Sequence record: DRR723986_9380
Direction: 5' to 3' (one strand)
Length of the DNA stretch: 64,000 nucleotides
A program made the position numbers and the translations under genes. Position 1 is the first letter of the stretch; every line of letters starts with the position of its first letter. Positions 10,801-19,718 of the stretch are shown one piece after another. The notes below the pieces were generated by a model. The model was not told the origin of the DNA and ran no database searches. It saw only the letters and a list, made by a program, of their open reading frames with translations.

Positions 10801-13800
10801 ACATTTGTAAATTCATCTGTTTTTACTGGTTTGATTGCTGGTGATTATAATGTTGTACTTCAATATTCTACTGGTTCTTCTGTTTGTGTAAATACTCCTC
10901 AGATTGTAACTATTAACGAAAACGTTGAAATATCTGGTAATGCAGATTTAACATCAACATTTGGATGTACGTCTACCGGAACTATAACTGTTACAGGAGT
11001 TACAGGTGGTAATGCACCATATGAATATAGTTTAGATGGTGTAAACTTTCAAATGAGTAATGTGTTTACGGGTCTTACACAAGGTTCTTATACTGTGATT
11101 ATTAGAGATGCAAATGCGTGTACAAATGCTACAAATGAGATTACATTAGATCCTCTTGATCCGCCAACCGATTTAGATATGGATAATTCACCAGTAGTTT
11201 GTCCATCATTAACTTCAGATATAACTATTATAGCTACTACAGGTGGTACAGGTGTTTTAGAATATCAAATTATAGCACCAGCAAGTGCAATAACTCCATA
11301 TCAAACATCAAATGTCTTTTTAGGGTTAGAACCAGACACCTACACTATTCAGGTAAGAGATGAAAACGATTGTATTTATAACGAAAGTTATACAATTGAC
11401 CCTATAGTTCAACCAACATTGAACGTTGTTTTATCCGAAGGTTTAGATTGTACAGCGTCTCCAGATGCTCTATTTAGTGGTAATCTATCAGGTATCGCAC
11501 CATTTACTTATGCGGTCTCAATTAATGGTAGTGCATATTCGTCTTTAGGTTCAACAGGAACTACATTCACATATTCAACTAGCACAGCAGGAACTTATCA
11601 ATTTGAGATAACTGATGCTAATGGATGTACTGCTGAATCATCAATATTAACTTTGAATCCATTATCACCTCCTGCACTGAGTCTCGTAGTACAAGACCAA
11701 TCAATTTTGTGTAATGGTGATTCCAATGGTTCTATTGATATCACTATTGATAATACGGTCGGCACACCACCTTTCGTAATAAATGTATATAATGATTCTT
11801 CATCTACTGATTATGGGACACAGACATCTAGTTTGCCAGCAGGTGATTATACTGTGACTTTAACTGATGCGAATTTATGTACTGCAAGTGAGGTAGTGAC
11901 AATTTTAGAGCCAGACCCTATAAATGTAAATTATAATACAATTGATATTAGTTGTGGTCTAAGTGGAATTTCTCAAGGTTCTGTAATTATTAACTCTGTT
12001 TCTGGCGGTACAGCACCATATAATTATTTTATAACAGGGACCAATGGTTATAACAATTCTGAATTAAACGCTACAGGATCAACATCTGTAAGCTTCGATG
12101 TTGTTGATTTTGGTCTATATCAAATAAATGTTGTTGATGCTAATGGTTGTTCTGTTTTGATACAAGATGTATTAGTGGCGTCTCCTCCAACCGATTTAGA
12201 TATTAATGTGAATACTACTGTAGATTGTTCATCTGGTGGAACAGCTGTTGTTAGTATAGGTTCTATACTAACAAGTTCAGGTCCATTTTTCTTTAGTATA
12301 TATCAAGGTCCTATTTCTGTTTATCCTAACCCACCAGGTTCTTGGATACCAGAAGATTCACCAGGTAGTGAATCTGCAACTTTTACTGGTTTAACACCTG
12401 GATTGACTTATACTTTCATAGTTTATGATCAATCTACTAATTGTAGTTATTATGAACCTGCAACAACACCAATACCAACAAATTCAACTTTAACTTTATC
12501 AGCTGTAAGTTCAAACAATATTACATGTACAGGAAGTGGAGATGGAAATGTGTCATTTACTGTTAATAGTATTTACAGTACATCTGTATCTGTTAATTAT
12601 GAAATATTTGATGCACTAACATTAGTTTCAACTGGAGTTTCAGGTTCTGGTACAATAGCTGCAAACGGCTCATTATCAGTTACTGATTTAGGACCGTTAA
12701 ATTTTGGTAATTATTATGTCTCAATAAATGAGACATCCGGTCCTAATTCTGGATGTGGTATAGTTACGGCACCTTTCAATATAACGGAATCAGCAATATT
12801 ATTAGATGTATTAGTCAATGTAGATCAGAATGCTAATTGTAATCCAAATTCTGGTATTATTAGTGCTGTTGGGCAAAATGGAACGGCACCTTACCAATAC
12901 CAATTGACAACATCTGCTACTGCACCTTTGGCATCTGATACCTTATGGGTAACAACAAGTACCTTTAATGCTGATGCTGGTAATTATTACGTTCATGTAT
13001 TAGACGCTTATGGATGTATAGTTACAAGTCCGGTAATAGTACTAGCTCAAGACGATTCACCAGTTATATCAGCTAGTATTGTTGATACTTGTGTAGTAAC
13101 CGATGGTAATTATGAAATCCAGGTATCATTAAATACGCCTGGTACGGCACCATACAGTTATAGTATTAACGGTGGTGCATTTCAAGTAGAGACTGCTCCA
13201 TTTAGTATTTCTAATTTATTTGCAGGTACACATACTATAGAAATACAAGATGCTAACGGTTGTGGTAATTTAGTTTCTATTGATATTAATACACCAATTG
13301 ATCTTAACCCTTCATTAACAACGAATCCATCTTGTAATAATGATGATGGAGAAATAACCATAGCAGAAACTGGTGGTTCAGGATTTTACTCATATAGTAT
13401 TTCGCCTAACCCAGCTTCAATTAGTATTAGTGGTAACGTTATTTCTGGTGTTCCATCAGGACTATACACTATAACAATTACAGATACTGTAACAGCTTGT
13501 ACTGCAGAATCTACTATTTCAGTACCAGAAGCCATACTGCCAATATTTAGTTTGTCTTCAACAGCTGTAACTTGTCTCGGTGATAATTCAGGCAGTATAG
13601 CTATAGATATCACTAATTATACTGGCACTTATACCTACGAAGTATTTGATAGTTCTGGCACGTCAATAATAGGTGTTGTCAACACCGATACCTCTATTAA
13701 CCCAGAAACAGTAAATGGTTTACAAGCTGGCAATTACTCTGTAGTCATTACAGAGACTGAAATTCCATTCTGTTCTAACTCAGGAGTGATAATTGTTAGT

Positions 13801-16050
13801 TCACCTTCTGAAAACCTTTCATTAGTAATAAATGAAACCTCAAATGTAACTTGTGATAATAATCAAGGGACAATTACTGCAATTGCCAATGGTGGCTGGG
13901 GAAATTATGAATATGAATTATCAGGTGATGCTAGTGTACCTTTTTCAGCGAACAATTCATTTTCAGGATTATCGTCTGGTACCTACACTGTAAATGTAAG
14001 AGACGCACAAGGATGTATAGCATCAGAAAGTATTACATTAAATGATCCAACACCTATATCAGCAACATTTACTCCAAGCACTAGCACACTGGCATGTTTT
14101 GGTGATCAATCTGCAAGTATCACAGTAAGTGCGGTAACTGGTGGTCAGGGAAATAATTACACTTATAAACTCAACACAATTTCACCTGTGGCTAGTTCAT
14201 CTGGTCCACAGACTTCAAATGTATTTAACAACTTGGGTGCCGGAACTTATAATGTAACAATTACAGATGGATTTAATTGTGAAATGACGTCTTTAAATAT
14301 CGTTATAGACAATCCAACACCTTTAGATATTAACTTGATAAGAGCATCGGCTCAATCTTGTTTAACAGAATCTACATTAACACTAAATGCCTCTGGTGGA
14401 ACTGGACCATATGAATATAGTAATACGAGTGATTTTTCAACTATTCTAGATTCATTCGCGACATCTACGACATTTACAGTGGCGGTTGGAACTTATGAGT
14501 ATTATGTAAGAGATGCCAATAATTGTGTGTCGAATGTGTCTAATGAAATCACGATTGACCCATTACCAGAGTTAGTAATAAATTTGGCCTCAACCAATCC
14601 TACAATTAATTGTGCAGGAGACAATAACGGAACAATATCTGCCACTGCACAAGGTGGATTAGGTGATTACATATATACATTACAAGATGGATCTGGTAAT
14701 ACTATTTTAGCGACACAGAATTCACCTGGTTATTTTACAGAATTAGTTGCTGGAAATTATGTTATCTTGGTAGAGAGCGGAGATTGCTCTGTAAGTTCTG
14801 CTCCTATTACTATTAGTGAACCCTCTGCTCCACTCGATGCAAATATCATTATTAATAATGTGACCTGTGCGGGAACAGAAGATGGGTTGGTTGAAATAAA
14901 TGCTTCAGGCGGAACAGGCATAATTAAATATGCTATTTCACCGCAGTTAAATCAGTTTTTTGAAACAAATTTATTCGAAAATTTAGCGCCAGGTGATTAC
15001 GATATAATTGTACAAGATGAATTAGGTTGTTATTTAACTTTCAATTTTACAATTGAAGAACCAACTCAAGTTATTTTAAGTATTGTTTCAGATTCATTAT
15101 TCCCTGAAGTTTGTGAAGGTGATGCCAATGGTGAATTTAGTATTGATATTTCTGGCGGAAACTTGCCATACAGTGTAAGTTTAGATGATTATAACGGTAT
15201 TTACACTACAGGAGGACCAGCACAAACGCAATTTGATTTTACTGGATTAAGTGGTGGTGACCATATTGTCTTTGTAAGAGATGCTGAAGGATGCGAATCT
15301 GAATGGAATATTACATTCCCAGAAACAGTAGTCATTAACCCAGAACTCATTGTAGAATACGTTTGTGATAATAATACACAAAGCAATGTAGTGACTGTAA
15401 CTGTTGATGATTCAATTACAGATCTATCTTCATTAGATTATTCTTTAGGTGGTGGACCATATCAAACAAGTAACATATTTACGAATGTTCCAGTAGGTAC
15501 AGGACATTATATTGATGTCAGACATACTGATGGATGTATTCAAACAACAGATGAGTTTACTATTGAAGGATTTGAGCCAGTTACACTTACTCTAACTGAA
15601 GGAGAGCTTAATGAGTTTATAGCAAATGCTTCAGGTGGTGCAGGAGATTACCAATTTACAATGAATGGTGAAGATTATGGTGATCAAACCAGTTATACCA
15701 TAACGGAATCGGGCTTATACACAATTACAGTTATAGATTCTAGTGGATGTGAGGCAACAGCTCAAATAGAATTAGAATTCATTGATATCTGTATACCTAA
15801 TTGGTTTACACCAAATGGTGATGGAGAATATGATACATGGGCACCTGGTTGTACTGAAAATTATCCAAATCTAACCTTCGATATTTTTGATCGTTATGGG
15901 CGAAAAGTGGCAACATACCGTGTTGGTGAAGTTTGGGATGGTAGGTATAATGGTACAGAATTGCCAACTGGAGATTATTGGTTTGTTGTAAAAACAAATG
16001 ATCCGAACGTAGATAAAGAATTTGTTGGACACTTTACACTTTACAGATAA
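7831..16050 (+). CDS. sprB: SprB-like giant gliding adhesin (2739 aa) with SprB repeats and type B T9SS sorting domain
   Basis: Many ~80-100-aa repeats (C…G.I.V…GG..PY.YS…F..L..G.Y.V.V.D.N.C); DUF11-like module (LNYVIGFQNTGNDNA…IRDILP); C-terminal IPNWFTPNGDG…IFDRYGR…WDG…LPTGDYWF…FVGHFTLYR. Confidence 0.88.
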   Translation: MKRPTFSSIVIAITMMFYGVNIFAQNYEPFTPRFNQDLKGDIVLIGNNILGPDNNAFNDNSVYNHNVNMQYIDIDGDASTFSSSSADLEIPNPNCYRIIYAGLYWGAVNPGDEPITDVKFKGPVGGYNDIQGTIIYDANGTTVDGGDSFSYACFADVTDIVTSFGPGVDLGTYTVGNVSSDVGETSTFNPYNGTGQSAGWSLFIVYEDPTLPGKSITSFDGFSAISVPGNNETLDIPVDGFRTIPAPAPVRANFAFATLEGDSPILGDRLRLNGVSLSTADRPETNFFNSSVTQLDATPVNNRVPNSTNTLGFDTGVIAIPNPGNSVIANDATSGVIRLETSGDTYFPYFFAFAVEIIEPNIVLTKIVEDDAGNDIGGQTVTLGSQLNYVIGFQNTGNDNATNFQIRDILPINIIYNHPTDLVLPPGVTVASYDPITRELVFDIDNSLVEENDPVYEIRIEVQVVDNCNQLADACANIITNQAYATYNGFFNPSFQITDNPSLNSNTGCLFTPQATNFLTDLDCEFTTDIVLCGDSVELTAADGYDSYTWSTSPSGTPVIGNTQTITVTSTGTYYSFNNAIAPCQSIEQVFEVELFGGDIQNPVIPYADEVVTCPNDGKLLPLIFLCGTNDTRLIETNISDSTSIIWEQLDESSCAAVIDEDCANEDPSCIWNEVANGPNFLANTSGQFRLTINYPGGCFNQFYFNVYQNLLSPTVEATDIICTTNGSITVNDVPNGYEYSLDNINFQASNVFSVNTPGTYTIYVRQIGVPTNPCVFTIPEVLIRDRDFTVTNTVTQPLCFGDKGNIQLAANDVDPQYSFYLYEGATLVNSVGPILENTHSFDNLNPGSYTVTVETENGCTYTEDVSIVEPPLLTVSAAVTVPLTCTDGEITVYPEGGTPPYFYFINSATDFQSVPEIVVTSVGVYDITVVDSNNCSANTTISIDAIPQPEFNVTTTDILCGGTGDTGTISINVTNANGNSIEFSIDGGTTFVNSSVFTGLIAGDYNVVLQYSTGSSVCVNTPQIVTINENVEISGNADLTSTFGCTSTGTITVTGVTGGNAPYEYSLDGVNFQMSNVFTGLTQGSYTVIIRDANACTNATNEITLDPLDPPTDLDMDNSPVVCPSLTSDITIIATTGGTGVLEYQIIAPASAITPYQTSNVFLGLEPDTYTIQVRDENDCIYNESYTIDPIVQPTLNVVLSEGLDCTASPDALFSGNLSGIAPFTYAVSINGSAYSSLGSTGTTFTYSTSTAGTYQFEITDANGCTAESSILTLNPLSPPALSLVVQDQSILCNGDSNGSIDITIDNTVGTPPFVINVYNDSSSTDYGTQTSSLPAGDYTVTLTDANLCTASEVVTILEPDPINVNYNTIDISCGLSGISQGSVIINSVSGGTAPYNYFITGTNGYNNSELNATGSTSVSFDVVDFGLYQINVVDANGCSVLIQDVLVASPPTDLDINVNTTVDCSSGGTAVVSIGSILTSSGPFFFSIYQGPISVYPNPPGSWIPEDSPGSESATFTGLTPGLTYTFIVYDQSTNCSYYEPATTPIPTNSTLTLSAVSSNNITCTGSGDGNVSFTVNSIYSTSVSVNYEIFDALTLVSTGVSGSGTIAANGSLSVTDLGPLNFGNYYVSINETSGPNSGCGIVTAPFNITESAILLDVLVNVDQNANCNPNSGIISAVGQNGTAPYQYQLTTSATAPLASDTLWVTTSTFNADAGNYYVHVLDAYGCIVTSPVIVLAQDDSPVISASIVDTCVVTDGNYEIQVSLNTPGTAPYSYSINGGAFQVETAPFSISNLFAGTHTIEIQDANGCGNLVSIDINTPIDLNPSLTTNPSCNNDDGEITIAETGGSGFYSYSISPNPASISISGNVISGVPSGLYTITITDTVTACTAESTISVPEAILPIFSLSSTAVTCLGDNSGSIAIDITNYTGTYTYEVFDSSGTSIIGVVNTDTSINPETVNGLQAGNYSVVITETEIPFCSNSGVIIVSSPSENLSLVINETSNVTCDNNQGTITAIANGGWGNYEYELSGDASVPFSANNSFSGLSSGTYTVNVRDAQGCIASESITLNDPTPISATFTPSTSTLACFGDQSASITVSAVTGGQGNNYTYKLNTISPVASSSGPQTSNVFNNLGAGTYNVTITDGFNCEMTSLNIVIDNPTPLDINLIRASAQSCLTESTLTLNASGGTGPYEYSNTSDFSTILDSFATSTTFTVAVGTYEYYVRDANNCVSNVSNEITIDPLPELVINLASTNPTINCAGDNNGTISATAQGGLGDYIYTLQDGSGNTILATQNSPGYFTELVAGNYVILVESGDCSVSSAPITISEPSAPLDANIIINNVTCAGTEDGLVEINASGGTGIIKYAISPQLNQFFETNLFENLAPGDYDIIVQDELGCYLTFNFTIEEPTQVILSIVSDSLFPEVCEGDANGEFSIDISGGNLPYSVSLDDYNGIYTTGGPAQTQFDFTGLSGGDHIVFVRDAEGCESEWNITFPETVVINPELIVEYVCDNNTQSNVVTVTVDDSITDLSSLDYSLGGGPYQTSNIFTNVPVGTGHYIDVRHTDGCIQTTDEFTIEGFEPVTLTLTEGELNEFIANASGGAGDYQFTMNGEDYGDQTSYTITESGLYTITVIDSSGCEATAQIELEFIDICIPNWFTPNGDGEYDTWAPGCTENYPNLTFDIFDRYGRKVATYRVGEVWDGRYNGTELPTGDYWFVVKTNDPNVDKEFVGHFTLYR

Positions 16051-16077
16051 TTATCCATAAGACTAAAAAAAACTAAG

Positions 16078-17061
16078 ATGAAAAAAATTACACTATATAT
16101 TTTCCTTTTGATGGTAACTTATGGCTACAGTCAGGAGTTGAATTTACCTGTATTTACACAATACTTGGCAGATAACGATTTTGTAATTTCACCAACTTAT
16201 GCAGGTATAGGTGATAACTTAAAGATAAGAGCCAACGGTTTAACCCAATGGGTTGGTATTAAGAATGCGCCAGATAATCAATCCATTTATGCTGATATAA
16301 GAATAGGAAATCGGTCTGGTATAGGTGTGTCTGCATACAATGACAAAAATGGTAATACACGTCAAAAAGGTGTAAAATTTTCATTTGCACATCATTTAAC
16401 GTTAGATTATAAAACAAAGCAATATTTATCCTTAGGTATATCATATAATATTAATAGTTTTAGAATAGACATTGAAAATTTTAATACTACCTATGATATC
16501 CCAATTATAGACCCAACAATAACTAATGATAGATCAATTAATAATGATAATTTCGATGCTGGTATACTATATAGATTTGGTCCATTTTATGCCAGTTTAA
16601 ATGCTAATAATTTGATATCAAAGGATACCAAAGATTTTGATGGATTTGAACCTGGTAAATTACTTAATTACCAATTATATACTGGTTATGTTATTCAGAA
16701 TAAGAAGAATAAAGATGTAGAGTTTGAACCTTCTATTTTCTTTCAGTTATTTGATAGTGATAAGCGATCTAGTACTGATATAAATTTTAAATACCGTAGG
16801 TTTAACAGAAAAGGTGATTATTATTGGGTAGGTGCTTCTTATAGATTCCTAAATGATCAGTTTTTTCAACCATTAAATATCGGTCCTATGGCTGGTACAC
16901 AATGGAGTAATCTCTACTTTGCTTATTCCTATCAGATAACCATTAATGATTTATCTGGCTTTAATTCAGGTACACATATGATTACTATTGGATTAGACTT
17001 GCTAAAAGGATTAAGTAATTGTGCTTGTACGCGTGGTACTAGTCAGAGTTATTACAGATAA
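16078..17061 (+). CDS. sprF: PorP/SprF-family T9SS outer-membrane barrel, cognate partner of the upstream adhesin
   Basis: FTQYLADN…SPTYAG, QWVGIKNAP and SGTHMITIG motifs; directly follows the type B CTD adhesin. Confidence 0.88.
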   Translation: MKKITLYIFLLMVTYGYSQELNLPVFTQYLADNDFVISPTYAGIGDNLKIRANGLTQWVGIKNAPDNQSIYADIRIGNRSGIGVSAYNDKNGNTRQKGVKFSFAHHLTLDYKTKQYLSLGISYNINSFRIDIENFNTTYDIPIIDPTITNDRSINNDNFDAGILYRFGPFYASLNANNLISKDTKDFDGFEPGKLLNYQLYTGYVIQNKKNKDVEFEPSIFFQLFDSDKRSSTDINFKYRRFNRKGDYYWVGASYRFLNDQFFQPLNIGPMAGTQWSNLYFAYSYQITINDLSGFNSGTHMITIGLDLLKGLSNCACTRGTSQSYYR

Positions 17062-17069
17062 TAGGTTAA

Positions 17070-17933
17070 TTAGCTAATTTCTAGCTTATATCCTACTCCA
17101 TGCAGATTAGTTAATTTAATAGATGTATCTGCTTTTAACTTTTTACGAAGCTTTGATATATAAGTGTCTATACTTCTACTAACATAAACCCCATTGTCTT
17201 CCCATACGCGCTTTGTAAGTTCGTCACGCTTTATGATTTGTTTAGGATTGGCGACAAATAATGCCAACAATTCACACTCTTTTTTAGAAAGTGCTATTTC
17301 TTCAGCCTCTTTAACCAATTTATTTTGTTCAGGATAAAAACGAAATATGCCTAACTTCTCATTAGGGCCTTTTTCAGTGGTGATTTTCTTTTTGGATTTA
17401 TTTTTAAAAACTAAAAATCCTAAAACCAATATCGTAGCAAATCCAGTAAAGAAAAGAATAATGTTAGTTGAAGATAGCTTAGCTTCTACTTTAGTAAATT
17501 TAACTTCCACTAAGTAGCAAGCTGAGGGTAAAACTCTTCCACTACATGGTGTAATTGTTTTTTGATCTTCAGCATTCATTTGATAACTATAGGACACTTC
17601 ATTATTGGAGCAGTTTAAAACTTCTACTCGGTATTGCTGAGGTAATCCAGCTGCTTCAAAACTATTTTTAATATGGCTAACCAATGCGCTTGGTTCAAAG
17701 GATAAATTCTCTTCAAATGAAAGTGAATAAGTATTGTTAGTTATCTCTTTTATTGGTAATACTAATGAAGTAGAATCTTTATGCTCTATTAATAGCTCGT
17801 TTCCAACATCTCTTAAAGCGATTTTGGTACGCTCAAAAAAATCTTCATTTTCAGTATTAGAGCAGCATATAAAAAACATACTTAAAAGAAAAATAAGATA
17901 AATTCTGAATGATTTTGTTGAGGTCTTTTTCAT
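17070..17933 (-). CDS. Membrane-anchored one-component regulator: extracytoplasmic domain, TM helix, OmpR/PhoB-type winged HTH
   Basis: N-terminal hydrophobic/lipobox-like segment; TM at ~aa 158-176; C-terminal LSKKECELL…RDELTKRVW…SRSIDTYISKLRKKL…HGVGYKL. Confidence 0.85.
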   Translation of the reverse strand: MKKTSTKSFRIYLIFLLSMFFICCSNTENEDFFERTKIALRDVGNELLIEHKDSTSLVLPIKEITNNTYSLSFEENLSFEPSALVSHIKNSFEAAGLPQQYRVEVLNCSNNEVSYSYQMNAEDQKTITPCSGRVLPSACYLVEVKFTKVEAKLSSTNIILFFTGFATILVLGFLVFKNKSKKKITTEKGPNEKLGIFRFYPEQNKLVKEAEEIALSKKECELLALFVANPKQIIKRDELTKRVWEDNGVYVSRSIDTYISKLRKKLKADTSIKLTNLHGVGYKLEIS

Positions 17934-18059
17934 AGAGATGGTAAATAACAGATAATTCTTTCAGAATCCCATGATAACCAACTTGATTTTACACTTTTTT
18001 GACACTTTTCACTAAAATAATTAGTCAAAAAAACGATCATAGTTGATTCTTTTAATTTG

Positions 18060-18611
18060 TTATAAGGATTTTATGGGACCTCTATATCTTATTGCAGTTC
18101 TGCTAGATCCATAGATGTTAATGTTTGCATATCTATTCGATAAAATTACCATTTTAACAATAAATTGTTCTACATCATTTGAAATTTTAAAGCTAACATT
18201 TACTTGTTGTTTTTTATCATTTTCAGTTATTTTGATAGAAGTCATTTCGCCATCGAAAATAATACTAGAATCTCTTGAATCTGAATATCCTACAGTTCTT
18301 AATTCTCCAAAATATGACATATTTGCCTTAGCTACATTGCCATTAATAGATAGAAAATCTTCATTACCACTTAAAGAGATGCGGCCACCAACATTTTCTG
18401 TTTGTCTCATTAAAACGTTATTAACATTCATTACATCACTTGATTGTATTGGAAATGCCGATTCAGCATCAATTCTAAATGATTTTTTGTTAACTAGGCT
18501 TTTTATTTCATTATAAGCGGCAAGTTCTATAGCTAATTCACTTTCAGTTTTAGCACTACCACAACCACTAAAAATTACAATAACTAACCCTAATAATAAT
18601 TTAGATTTCAT
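18060..18611 (-). CDS. DUF4251-family lipoprotein
   Basis: Start moved to ATG 18611 (MKSKLLLGLVIVIFSGC lipobox); FRIDAESAFP, MSYFG and terminal IRYRG.I are typical of the family. Confidence 0.75.
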   Translation of the reverse strand: MKSKLLLGLVIVIFSGCGSAKTESELAIELAAYNEIKSLVNKKSFRIDAESAFPIQSSDVMNVNNVLMRQTENVGGRISLSGNEDFLSINGNVAKANMSYFGELRTVGYSDSRDSSIIFDGEMTSIKITENDKKQQVNVSFKISNDVEQFIVKMVILSNRYANINIYGSSRTAIRYRGPIKSL

Positions 18612-18842
18612 ATTTAAAGATACAAAATTGTCAATTGACACTAATGCAATATTTTGTTAATAATATTTAGGAGTAACATTCTAACTAGATGATGTAATTA
18701 TTAATTTAAGTGTTCATAATCAAGTTATTATGAAATTTTAAAGTTTAAACCATATGAGTAAATTCAATTCATAGGATTTATATTCTATTAATCGATTATT
18801 AAAATTTATTAGTGTTTAAATGGTTAATTTTAATGGCTCTAA

Positions 18843-19718
18843 ATGACTAAACTTAAAATAATAACATTAATTAAAATTTGCGCCTTCCTTGTTTTCATCG
18901 GAAGAGCATATCACTTTTATTTTTTTGGAGCACCATTTAGGGCAATATTGTGGGACGAAAGTTTGTTATCACCGCTTATTGAGGGTGTTTTTAATGGATC
19001 TTGGTACGATTATGCAACTAGTGTAAAGGTTAATCGTTACATAGATAATTTCACAAAAATTTGTAGCATAGTTTTATTTGTAGCTGCGTTTGTTAGTTTG
19101 TTTTGGGAACGAATAAAGGCAAAAAAGTTAAAACGAATAATTATTGGAGTTGGGTTACTAATTCTATTTATTTTAGGCGTTTGTTTAGTGAAAGACAAAA
19201 ATTATGATTTCTTGCAGTTTTTTGAATTATCAATTCAATTTGCCGCACCATTGGTTTTGCTATTAAATAATACTGTAAAAAAGAATAATAAAAGGTTAAT
19301 ATTTGGCCTAAAACTAGCTATAATATTAACATTTGTGCCACATGGCTTATTTGCAATGGGATTGATTTATTTACCAGGTCATTTTATAGATATGACGATT
19401 AAAATATTAGGGATTAATGAACATCACGCAACATACTCTTTATATGTTGTAGGCCTTTTAGACATTATTTGCGCAGTACTATTGTTTGTACCTAAGTTCT
19501 CAAAATATGCATTACTTTACATGATATTTTGGGGATTTTTAACAGCTCTAGCAAGACTTGTGTCTGGGTTTAATAGTAGTTTTTTATTGGCTTCCCTGCA
19601 TGGTTCGGTATATTTAACTATTTATCGCTTAGCACACGGCATTATACCCTTAGTAGTCTATTTGTTAGCGCAAAATAAACCAAATCAAGTATTAAAAATT
19701 GCAGTTGATGAGAGCTAG
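18843..19718 (+). CDS. Multi-pass membrane protein with a DoxX-like C-terminal half
   Basis: About 8 hydrophobic segments; TFVPHGLFAMG, VGLLDII and WGFLTALAR; overlaps the next gene. Confidence 0.7.
   Translation: MTKLKIITLIKICAFLVFIGRAYHFYFFGAPFRAILWDESLLSPLIEGVFNGSWYDYATSVKVNRYIDNFTKICSIVLFVAAFVSLFWERIKAKKLKRIIIGVGLLILFILGVCLVKDKNYDFLQFFELSIQFAAPLVLLLNNTVKKNNKRLIFGLKLAIILTFVPHGLFAMGLIYLPGHFIDMTIKILGINEHHATYSLYVVGLLDIICAVLLFVPKFSKYALLYMIFWGFLTALARLVSGFNSSFLLASLHGSVYLTIYRLAHGIIPLVVYLLAQNKPNQVLKIAVDES

Noticed and set aside
9900-15780. SprB repeats as a DNA tandem repeat or CRISPR-like array
   Set aside because: The periodicity is only at protein level; there are no identical DNA repeats with spacers and no cas genes.
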